Positions 1 to 10,486 of a stretch of DNA of 64,000 nucleotides are shown piece after piece (the stretch's first letter is position 1; each line of letters begins with the position of its first letter). The stretch spans positions 1,240,001-1,304,000 of the forward strand of contig CATNEN010000009.1 in the NCBI GenBank assembly GCA_950097015.1. The letters run 5' to 3'. This DNA is from Macrostomum hystrix (lineage: Eukaryota > Animalia > Platyhelminthes). Below the pieces are notes generated by a model, which was not told the origin of the DNA, ran no database searches, and was given only the letters and a program-made list of their open reading frames with translations. The position numbers and the translations under genes were made by a program.

Positions 1-360
1 GTTTGTCAGGTGGGCGAGCGCCAAGAAGCTTTGTTTGCCGGCCAGTCAACCCCCCCCCTCGGAGCGGTTCGACTGGGCTTTTTGTTCCTCTTAGTTTTTT
101 GCCAAGCTTGGTTGCTACGCAGACTGGGCAATGGGGTGGCCTGCCCCGATTGTCGACCAAGTCGGCTGGGCCTGACAGACAATCTCCGCCCCGCAGTCAC
201 TAGTTCGTCTCCCGCAGCGAGTGGCTGGTCTGTCTGTCTTCCGTTAACACAGATTGCGTTCGCCTGAACAGTTATCCCCTAATAAATTTCCTCATTTCCA
301 CCCCAGCTTTGCGTGTTGCATTGTGTCTTTAGGTCACGTGACTTTAGTTTAATAACTCTA

Positions 361-1015
361 GAGATAGGATGAGACAGGGTGAGACAGGATGAGACAGGAT
401 GAGACAGGGTGAGACAGGATGAGACAGGGGGAGACAGGGTGAGACAGGGTGAGACAGAGTGAGACGGGGTGAGACAGGATGAGACAGGATGAGACAGGGT
501 GAGACAGGATGAGACAGGATGAGACAGGGTGAGACAGGATGAGACAGGGTGAGACAGGGTGAGACAGGGTGAGACAGAGTGAGACGGGGTGAGACAGGAT
601 GAGACAGGATGAGACAGGATGAGACAGGGTGAGACAGGGTGAGACAGGGTGAGACAGGGTTAGACAGGGTGAGACAGGGTGAGACAGTATGAGACAGGGT
701 TAGACAGGGTTAGACAGGGTTAGACAGGGTGAGACAGGGTGAGACAAGGTGAGACAGCGTGAGACAGGGTGAGACAGGGTGAGACAGGGTGAGACAGGGT
801 GAGACAGGGTGAGACAGAGTGAGACAGAGTGAGACAGTATGAGACAGGGTGAGACAGGGTGAGACAGTATGAGACAGGGTGAGACAGTATGAGACAGGGT
901 GAGACAGGGTGAGACAGAGTGAGACAGAGTGAGACAGTATGAGACAGGGTGAGACAGGGTGAGACAGAGTGAGACAGGGTGAGACAGTATGAGACAGGGT
1001 GAGACAGGGTGAGAC
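361..1015. repeat. 10-bp tandem array (GAGACAGGGT and variants)
   Basis: Directly visible perfect/near-perfect 10-bp periodicity. Confidence 0.97.
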
Positions 1016-1775
1016 TCTAGGCGGTGGTAACTCTAGTCACAGACCCAGCAGGCTGCTGCTGCTGCTGCTGCAGGTTCATATTTTCTCAAGAACTGCGGTG
1101 CACTGATTCCCAGACAACAATTCCTGGCCGGCTGGCAAAATTTCCTAAAATTTCCTAAATGCATTGGCGGAGTGACATTGGGGACCGCAGCTGGTAGTTT
1201 ATGGCTTCTAGCAAAATTGCCGACCCCCGGGACCTTGCCTGGCCTTTGTTCAAAGCCTGGACTAAAATGCGCCTTCAGCCGATTCGGCATCTTATCCCGT
1301 CGGAAACTTTTGATTGCGTCTCCAAGCACGCTTGAAAGTGAGGTCTTCCGCTTTGTAGCTAAAAGAAAACTGGAACTGTCCTGGCTGAGTTCTGCTCACT
1401 CGGGCAGCTGCGGGCTACTTTTCTTGGCAGGGGAAGAGTCTGCCTCAAAAGGAGAAGGGCAGCGGCCAAAGTGGCGAGCCGTCTTTTGGAAGGCTCGGCC
1501 TCCGGACCTCCGTGGGCTTTGGGGCCGAACCGGTCACAGAGGGCAGCCGGTTGGCGACTTTGGACGGAGAAATTCACAAAGGACTGGATTAGCCCATTAG
1601 TTTCGCTAATTAGGGCCAAACCGTGAACTGGCTTATCGCCAGAAGAAGCAAATTACGAGAGGGGGCCTCCAAATTTTAGAAGGGAAGTTGGGTGAGGCTA
1701 CTTTTAGTAGGACAGTTTGCGAATTCGCATCAGTTATAGTGCTTAATGAAGTAGTCATATCATCATCACATTTCA

Positions 1776-2357
1776 ATATTATCCCCTCAATTAGGATATT
1801 ATCCTCTCAGTTAGGATATTATCCCCTCGGTTAGGATATTATCCCCTCGGTTAGGATATTATCCCCTCAGTTAGGATATTATCCCCTCAGTTAGGATATT
1901 ATCCCCTCAGTTAGGATATTATCCTCTCAGTTAGGATATTATCCCCTCGGTTAGGATATTATCCCCTCGGTTAGGATATTATCCCCTCGGTTAGGATATT
2001 ATCCCCTCAGTTAGGATATTATCCCCTCAGTTAGGATATTATCCCCTCAGTTAGGATATTATCCCCTCAGTTAGGATATTATCCCCTCAGTTAGGATATT
2101 ATCCCCTCAGTTAGGATATTATCCCCTCAGTTAGGATATTATCCCCTCAGTTAGGATATTATCCTCTCGGTTTGAATGTAATCCCCTCAGTTTAACTATT
2201 ATCCCCTGAGTTTAAGTATTATCCCCCTCGGTTAGTATATTATCCCCTCAGTTTGAATAGATCCCCTCAGTTTGAATATAATCCCATCATATTAAATATA
2301 ATCCCATCAGTTTAAATATTATCCCTTCAGATAGGATATTTTCCCCGCAGCTAGGAT
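1776..2357. repeat. 20-bp intronic tandem array (ATCCCCTCAGTTAGGATATT), degenerating 3'
   Basis: Visible periodicity; ends just before the cadherin acceptor at 2391-2392. Confidence 0.96.
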
Positions 2358-2392
2358 ATTAACTCCAATAATCCCCAACCCGCCGCACGCAG

Positions 2393-5300
2393 GCGAGCTC
2401 ATCCTGTCGTCGCCGCTGGATTTCGAGGCGCAGCGCGAGCACTACGCCACCGTGAGGGCCGTCGACCTCGGCGAGCCGCCCCTCAGCGCCACCGCGGTTG
2501 TCACTGTCCGCGTGCTGGACGTCAACGACAACTCGCCGCGGTTCAGCCAGAGTGTCTACGAGGCCGCGCTGGAGGAAAACCAGCAACCCGGCTTGCTGCT
2601 GGATGTCGACATCAGCGCCACCGACGCCGACTCCGGCGAGAACGGCCGCCTGGCCTTCAGCATCGAGTCCGGCAACTCGGAGGACATGTTCTCCATCGAC
2701 ATGAAATCTGGCAAGCTGTTCTCCAGGAGGATGGCAGACCGCGAGTCCCGGGACTCCTACAACCTCACCCTGCTGGCCACCGACCACGGCAGCCCGCCGA
2801 GAGCTGGGAGGGCCGTGGTTCGAATTCGAGTGTTGGACGATAACGATTGCAATCCGAAATTTGAGCAGGAACAGTACAGATTTGTGCTGCAGGTGAGTTA
2901 CAATTGAGCACAATTGAGCACAGTTTGATCAGATAGGCAAATCTATAATTTCCGCTGTCCCAATTTCACCTTTGATGGCCACCTGCTATTATCCTCCTTC
3001 AGCTGGATGACAAAGGCAACGTGAGCCAGCAGCCGTACCAGGTGAGTTCCTGCCTGTTTCTTTATCGGCTTGTTTGCCCAGCAACCCCTCATTAGCTCAA
3101 TTGGCCAATTATCCTCATCAGCAGGGCCGGTTAATTGTAGACTTCTCTTCAAATTGGCCCAACCGGCTGTTGCTGGGGTCAGCTGGGGTCAAGTGTTTCG
3201 CATTGTTGCCGAACATTTCAAACTGTTTGTCCTGACTCAATGAATTTTATGGCATTGTGATATTAAGAGTTCCTTGATGCGGACTTTCACTGCTTACTAC
3301 TGAATTAAGAAGTAGAGAGTAGGATAACTGGGAATTTGAATTCCATCCAATTATATTTCATCCCATACCATCCCATCCCAGGCGTCCCATCCCATCCCAT
3401 CACATCACATCCAATCCCATCGCATCCCATCCCATCACATCCCATCCCATCCCATCACATCACATCCCAACCCATCACATCCCATCCCATCCCAACCCAT
3501 CACATCACATCCCATCCCAACCCATCACATCCCATCCCAACCCATCACATCACATCACATCACATCCCATCCCATCACATCCCATACCATCCCATCCCAG
3601 GCGTCCCATCCCATCCAATCACATCACATCCAATCCCATCACATCCCATCCCATCACATCCCATCCCATCCCATCACATCACATCCCAACCCATCACATC
3701 ACATCCCAACCCATCACATCCCAACCCATCCCATCCCATCCCAACCCATCACATCACATCACATCACATCCCATCCCATCACATCCTATCCCATCCCATC
3801 ACATCCCATTCCAACCCATCACATCCCATCCCAACCCATCGCATCCCAACCCATCCCATCCCATCCAAACCCATCACATCACATCACATCCCATCCCATC
3901 ACATCCTATCCCATCCCATCACATCCAATCCCATCACATCCCATCACATCCCATCACATCCCATCACATCCCATCACATCACATCCAATCCCATCACATC
4001 CTATCCCATCCCATCACATCCCATCCCATCCCATCCCATCCCATCACATCCCATCACATCACATCACATCACATCCCATTCCAACCCATCACATCCCATC
4101 ACATCACATCACATCACATCACATCACATCACATCCAATCCCATATCATCCTATCCAATCCCATCACATCCTATCCCATCCCATCAATCCCATCCCATCC
4201 CATCCCCTCCCATCACATCCCATTCCAACCCATCACATCCCATTCCCATCCCATCCCATCCCATCACATCACATCCCATTACATTTCATCCCATCCCATC
4301 CGATCTCATCCTATCCTATCACATTTCATTTTATCCCATCTCTTCCCATCAACTAATCACCCAAGCTTCATGTCATTGCGTACCGATAAGGTGGCTAGTA
4401 CCATTGTGAATTTCCAGGAAACAGCAGAGTCCCGAGGCGCGCCGTTGCAGTCTCCCGATGGTTCGGGCATCCGCGCCACCGACTGCGACGCGGCACCGAA
4501 TGGGGAGCCGTTCACCTGGTCCGTGCTGAGCGGCGGAGGCGGCAAGTTTCTGGTGGACTCGAAGGGCCGGATAAGGGTCAAGAACGGCCGGTTCGGGCAC
4601 CTGGCAGGCACAACTAACATGCTGATGGTTCAGGTGAGCAAGCAAACTGATCAAATAGGTCATGGTAGATTCAAATTGGTCATGGTAGATTCAAATTGGT
4701 CATGGTAGATTCAAATTGGTCATGGTAGATTCAAATTGGTCATGGTAGATTCAAATTGGTCATGGTAGATTCAAATTGGTCATGGTAGATTCAAATTGGT
4801 CATGGTAGATTCATGGTAGATTCAAATTGGTCATGGTAGATTTAAATTGGTCATGGTAGATTCAAATTGGTCATGGTAGATTTAAATTGGTCATGGTAGA
4901 TTCAAATTGGTCATGGTAGATTCAAATTGGTTATGGTAGATTCAAATTGGTCATGGTAGATTTAAATAGGTCATCGTGCCACTGCAGGCCTGCGACAACG
5001 GACGACGCAGCCTCTGCGGCAAGGCGAAAGTTCACGTGCGCACTGTGCGCGCAGACCAGATCGCCCCCACTCTGTTGCCTAGCAACCTGACGGCGGTCCT
5101 GACGTACCCAACGACTGGCGGCGAGAAGCTGGGTTACCTGCGCCTTCAACATCCCCGGCCGAGCGGCGTGCAGCTGCACCTGCTGAGTCACGCGGATCTG
5201 TTTTCCCTGGCGACGGACGGCGAGCTTTTGGTTTCCATGGCAACGACACCGCCCGACGGCCTGCACCGAGTTCGGGCAAGCGCCGCACTCCGCGGCATGG

Positions 5301-8179
5301 CCTCCGAGCAGGAGGTCCGGGTTCGAGTCACGCTGCTCACCGAGCAGATGACCGAAGCGGCGGTGCCTCTGTTGCTAGGCAACGAGAGCGCGCACAGCTT
5401 CTTCCTGCAGCGTCGGGATGCGGAGCTGACTCAGCGCCTGGCCGACTGGCTTGGACTCGGCCGCGGCGGCCGCGTCTTCCTGCTGGCGGTGCAGCGCCAC
5501 GAGGGTGGGAGTCAGGAGCAGCAGCGGCAGCTAATGGCGTTGGTCGCCGTCTACGAGGAGGCGCGTCACGAATTCCTCGACCCACGCGAGGTTCAACAAC
5601 GCCTGCGCTCGTCGGACGGTGTCAAGCGTCGGGTTGTTCAACTGTTGGAAGCTGACAGCGGCCCGAACGGCAGCTGCAGATGGGCGGCCGAGCTGGCCAG
5701 CGGCAGCCAGCGGGTGCAGGTCGAGACGGCCGGGCTCACATTTTCAGCGCCGCGGTTCCGACTGACGAGAAGGTGTGAGCTCCAAGACACGACTCCGTAT
5801 GCCGTATTCGGCTTCTTTCCCGAGTCCGGGGGAGTGTCAGGGCATCGGCGGGATGTGGCCTGGATCCTGACGGAGGGCCAGCAGAGCGGCGAGGCCAGCG
5901 CAAGGCCGCGCGGCCTGGAGCTGCGGCTGCGTACCCGGCAGAGTCGGCCGGGCCGCCTTCTGTGGCTTTCTGGCGGTTGGCGAATCGAGTTGCGTCTCCA
6001 TAACGACGGCAGCGGACGCTTGGAGGCGGCGGCCGCAGTCGAGACTGGTGAGGGCGTCCGAGACAGTCAGGATGCGCTGCGGCTGTCAAGCCCTGATCCG
6101 GTCAACGATGGCGCTTGGCATCGGGTGCAGCTGCGAGTTCGAATCGGGTGAGGCTTTTCAAAGCTGCTCAAGTTTATTTTCATGGTTTTGAGCAACTGAG
6201 AACTTTTTTCAACGGCTGCCGCAACAAAATAATTTTCAGGGCGCCCAACTGGTCGCTGGAGCTGCTGACGGACTCCATTCAGCCGCAGCTGGGTCAGCTT
6301 CCGCCGCTGCCTACGACGGTGACTTTGAAATCTGCGACACTGCGCGTCGAGCTCGACGGGAACTTCGTCGGCTGCCTTGCCGACCTGCGCTCCTGGCCGC
6401 AACGAGCGACACCGCTGACGCCAGCGACTTCATCAACGGAGGCAGCCGCAAAGCTCGGCTGCTCAGAAGCGGCGCTGGCTGCGCCCTGCTCGGCGACGCC
6501 CTGCCAGCACGACGGCGTCTGCGCCGAGCACGGCCGCGGCTTCATGTGCCGCTGCCCGCCTCCGTACGCCGGCCGTCGCTGCGAGTTGAACACGCGGCCT
6601 TGCGCCAAGCAGCCCTGCCTCAACGGCGGCTTCTGCCGCGACCTCGGGGACGGCATCGGCGGCTTCGCCTGCGACTGCCCCGCCGGACTAGCCGGTCATC
6701 GCTGTGAATTGGCCGAAGCTGCCACAGCAGCGACGCCGTGCGGGAACCTGCAAGCCGCCTGCCAGCACCGTGGCCGTTGTGAGGCCGGCCGCTGCGAATG
6801 CGAGGGCACCGGCTACTCGGGCCGCCTGTGCGACGTCGACGTTGACGAATGTCGCCAGACGATCGGGCTCTGCAGCGGCGTGCGGGGCGTTTGTGTGAAC
6901 CTGCCTGGCGGATTTCGGTAAGTGCTTGAGCACTCTCGCGTGTGCTCAATTGAGCTGATGTCAGCGGATCCAATTGCAGCTCATTAACGAATCTAAACTG
7001 CCAGGTGCGACTGTCCCTCCGGTGTCTCTAAATCCGCGTGCGAGCGTCTCCCCCGCCAGCCCGGAGCGGCCATCGGTGGCGGCGGAGTCATCGGCGGAGG
7101 TCCGGAGCAGACGCTGCTGCTTGGCCTGAGCTTCAATGAACTGGCGGCTGTGCTCGGCTGCATCTCTGGCCTGCTGCTGCTCGCCCTGACCGTCTTTTGC
7201 GCGATCTCCTGCTACGGCCAGCGCCGCCGCAGCCGCGGAAGTCGAGAAAACCGGCGCCACCGTGCCAACGGCCACGTGATCAAGCACTCGCCGAATTCGT
7301 TGTCTCCAGGAGGCGGCGACAACGGCTCTAGCCCGGGTAACGGCTGTCGCGACTCCGGCGTCGGGGAGGAGGCGATGGCGCTGATGCCGATGATGCCGAC
7401 CCAGATTGCCGGCTCCAACGGGAGCTGCGGCAACAGCTGCGGTCCGGGCTCCCTGACCTACGCCGGCTTTGAAACTCCGCTGCCGCCGCCTCTGACTCTA
7501 CTTTCAACACCGACTGGCAGCTGCGTCGGCGGCTGCGGCCCATGCCGATCCTGCTCCGACTGGGGTGTCGTCAGCCCGCAGCAGCTGCCGCCGCCGACGC
7601 TTCTCAGCTTCCCGCGGAGCGGCGGCGCGCTGGGTGGCTTCGGCTCCGAGCTGATTGGCAGCGATCAAGGTCCGCATCAACTCACTCGTGTTCAGTCTGA
7701 CCTTCTGTCCCGCCCTCTGATTGGCTGTCTGCTGTACACTATTTGCCACCAATCATTTCATAATTTCAGACAGCATCTGCATTAACCGAGGATCCGTCTA
7801 CAACTGTTCCACAGTCAGGCAGGGCTGCCGATGGGACTCGCCGGATTGGCGCCCAACCGCGATGCCATCTTCGCTGGCCGCGCCGACGGCTCCCGGCGCG
7901 AACGTCGGCTTCAGGAATGTCGGCGCCGGAATCCTGCCGCCAGACCTGATCATGGACGGCGGCCCATACAGCGTCAACTTCTACGGCGGCAGTTCGGCCT
8001 CTTCGCCATTCTGTCGCCGATCTGTCGGGGTGTCATCGTCGTCGCCATTAAATGCTTCAACGGCGACTTCGTCAGCTGCAGCGTCGACCGCGCCACCGCT
8101 AAACGTTATCGGATTCAGTGGCTTCAGCGGACTGTCGGAAGAGAACGAGGACCTGCGCGTGACTGAGACGGTCACCTGA
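2393..8179 (+). CDS. FAT: Fat-type atypical cadherin, 3' part (cadherin repeats, LamG, EGF repeats, TM, cytoplasmic tail); exons 2393-2892, 4418-4633, 4988-6147, 6240-6917, 7005-7669, 7770-8179; 5' end outside window
   Basis: Cadherin motifs (LDFE, DVNDNSPRF, ATDADSGENG, DRE); Fat-like EQMTEAAVPLLL segment; LamG (DGAWHRVQL); several EGF repeats (CQHDGVC, CLNGGFC, DVDEC); TM LAAVLGCISGLLLLALTVFCAISC; all junctions GT-AG and phase-compatible (0,0,2,2,1). Confidence 0.9.
3358..4345. repeat. (CATCC/CATCA)n pentamer array in Fat intron
   Basis: Visible 5-bp periodicity; ORF 3336..4409 is an artefact of it. Confidence 0.95.
4659..4973. repeat. 20-bp intronic array (CATGGTAGATTCAAATTGGT)
   Basis: Visible periodicity filling almost the whole intron 4634-4987. 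Confidence 0.96.
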
Positions 8180-8494
8180 ACAATTCTGAGCAGATTTGCC
8201 GAAACGCCTCGGCAATTTTCCAACTTTAAACTTTATGGTGGCCCCGTGGCTTGGTGCTTATCGCTTTAAACTAACTATTTTCATGTTCCGTAATCATTGT
8301 GCAATGCAGTCTCAGAGAAAAGATTATGTTGAGCTGATACACTTCACTAATCAATACAAATTTAAACACTTAAAATTGCACGCGAAACCCGTATTACTGA
8401 GATGCACGCTAATGTACATGTAAAATGCACTTCGCAGTTCATGCGCACTCGAGATTCATGCACTATTAGCTCTTATTCGATAATAATTTAACGG

Positions 8495-8872
8495 CTACAC
8501 CTGCCTTTGAGTTGCTGCATAAACCAGACTGCTCGAATCGCCTAATGAAATCGAGTACTATCATTGTGAGGAAGAGAAATTTATTCTCACCTTATATGCT
8601 CTTGCCACACTAAACTTTATGCTCTTGCGACAGGCCAGATTTGACCAGATTTGCAGCCGACAGCACAGGCTGATAAGTCCATGGACTGGGGGAGACACCA
8701 CGCCCACCTTTAACTGGTAACAGCTGGAAACCAATTTAACAGCTGGCTGAACTGAAGCAATGCAAAATTTAGTGTTCTGCTAAAGGACACGAAATGTTCC
8801 AGTTGAGTCGGGATCAAACCCAAGACCTTCGAGTCGTGAGTCCGACGCTCTAACCACTAGGCTACAACCCCC
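8495..8872 (-). mobile_element. tRNA-derived SINE with CORE-like central domain, copy 1
   Basis: Minus strand starts GGGGTTGTAGCCTAGTGGTTAGAGCG (A box) ... GGTTTGATCCC (B box), then GTGTCCTTTAGCAGAACACTAAATTTTGCATTGCTTCAGTTCAGCCAGCTGTTAAATTGG resembling the MIR CORE; matches the copy at 38425-38723. Confidence 0.8.
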
Positions 8873-9052
8873 TGACAGATGTTAGATTTGAGTGAACAAA
8901 TTGGGATTACAGTACGAAAATTGCCCGTAGGACCAAAACTGCCACACCCAACGACCTCCATTGCAAGGGTAGGGACCCAAAAGCAGGGATGACTGCTCAA
9001 CTTACGTCGTAACTGTACGATGACGACGACGTACGAGGAAAAATGATAGTTG

Positions 9053-9150
9053 CTTATTTCATCAGCTGTTAAATGAGTACCGCCTGTGGCGTCCCCCCAG
9101 TCCATGGACTGTGCTGTCGGCTGCCCATTTAGCCCAATAGGGGCTGCAGA
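9053..9150 (+). mobile_element. Partial copy (CORE end + 3' body) of the same SINE, inverted relative to copy 1
   Basis: TTCATCAGCTGTTAAATGAGTACC...GTGGCGTCCCCCCAGTCCATGGACTGTGCTGTCGGCTGC matches the body of the other copies. Confidence 0.7.
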
Positions 9151-9613
9151 TCTTGTCAGGACGAAGCTAACAAAGAAGCGAAGGCATCTTTTCAGGGTGG
9201 GAACACTTTTCGCGGCATTTCCTATCGGAGAAAAAATTTCAGAAGGCGAATTCCTTGTGTGCTGATGATCTGAGTGGCTGTCAGATTGTCGCATGTTAGA
9301 TAGCATGAGGTTGCAGACAGATTCACACCGTTCAAGAGCGGCTTCAAGCAGGGGATCTTGAGATTATTCAGTAAACAGACGACACGGTTGCGTGGCAACA
9401 AGACTGTGTGACGAGTCTCAAGTCTTCCCAGCTCAGTTATACGCAAGTTTATACAGTCATCATGAAAATCAAAGAACTCAGCAGACGAATATATTCAGAC
9501 AGCATGAAGCAAATTTCGTCGTGGTGTCATGTTTCGACCGCGCCAAAATTGGAAATTTTTTCATTCCAATAAAATATCTCCGATAAAAATGACTCAAGCT
9601 GCCACATCTACAG

Positions 9614-9976
9614 GAGGCGACAACCGACAAGTGCCTGCTGCTGCTGCTGCTGCTCTTTCTGTCGGCAGCCAGCGAACCTGCGGCTGCATTTGCTAACAAC
9701 TCGGAGCTGTTCAAACTGCTGACCAGCGACTGCCCCGCTACGCCGACGGACTCGGCGGCTGCGGCTGCAATGGCCGAGCTGGAGTGCGTGCTCCGCTGCG
9801 TCCTGACCAGCGACTGCCGGCTGTCCGTCTACCTGTGGGACAGCGCCACCTGCCACAGCCTGACTGCGGGTACCGCCTACTCAACCTCGAGCGCCTGCGG
9901 ACCAGAAACGACGACTCGACAAAGAATAAAATTCGAAGCCATGATGAGTACACTCGCACGACGAACGGGTATTTGA
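9614..9976 (+). CDS. Small secreted PAN/apple-like domain protein exon, no in-frame ATG before the signal peptide
   Basis: After acceptor CTACAG (9613) reads EATTDKCLLLLLLLFLSAASEPAAAFA then DCP...ECVLRCVLTSDCRLSVYLWDSATCHSL; same Cys pattern as exon 38830-39139; possible phase-1 donor near 9968. Confidence 0.7.
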   Translation, partial: EATTDKCLLLLLLLFLSAASEPAAAFANNSELFKLLTSDCPATPTDSAAAAAMAELECVLRCVLTSDCRLSVYLWDSATCHSLTAGTAYSTSSACGPETTTRQRIKFEAMMSTLARRTGI

Positions 9977-10074
9977 ATGCCTGGCGAGCACTTTCATCAC
10001 CTTCAACGCTGCCTGCTGAAGAAGGCATTCTACCAAATCAGACTGGTGCCGCGTGCGACTTCGAGCTAAAGCCG

Positions 10075-10215
10075 GATACAATTTTGTTTACAGATACAGA
10101 TACTGTATACAGGCACACGCTTACACAGGTGTGTACATCTGCCCTGAATTTCTCATCGTGAGGCAGTGTACACTCTCACTGTGGCCTCACCGCGGAATCG
10201 CAGACTCGAGTTTTT
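10075..10215 (-). repeat. Interspersed hairpin-repeat family, copy
   Basis: RC reads GGCCACAGTGAGAGTGTACACTGCCTCACGATGAGAAATTCAGGGCAGATGTACACACCTGTG, matching 31735-31800 and 46755-46830. Confidence 0.75.
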
Positions 10216-10486
10216 CAGCAGAAATCAGTCTGTAGATAGGCTGACCCACTGCTCTAAACAAGAAGTCAAAGCGCTTATAGAAGAAGGCTTATTAAATGAT
10301 TGTTGACCAATGTATCCATGTGAAACAGTTAATATTAGTTTAGATGGGTCCAAAAATATACACCAAATACAAGTATGAGCAGAGCAATGAGTCAACACGG
10401 AAAGCAAAGCATAAATAGTTAACAAGTTATGATTTAAGGAAATGCAGTAGAATCGACTTTGCAGGTAAAATAAGCAGCCAAATTGG

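Noticed and set aside
1033-1620. ORFs upstream of the first cadherin exon
   Set aside because: No cadherin motifs or other recognisable features in any frame; treated as intronic
5231-5244. X-box GTTTCCATGGCAAC
   Set aside because: Lies inside a Fat coding exon (codons V-S-M-A-T); likely incidental
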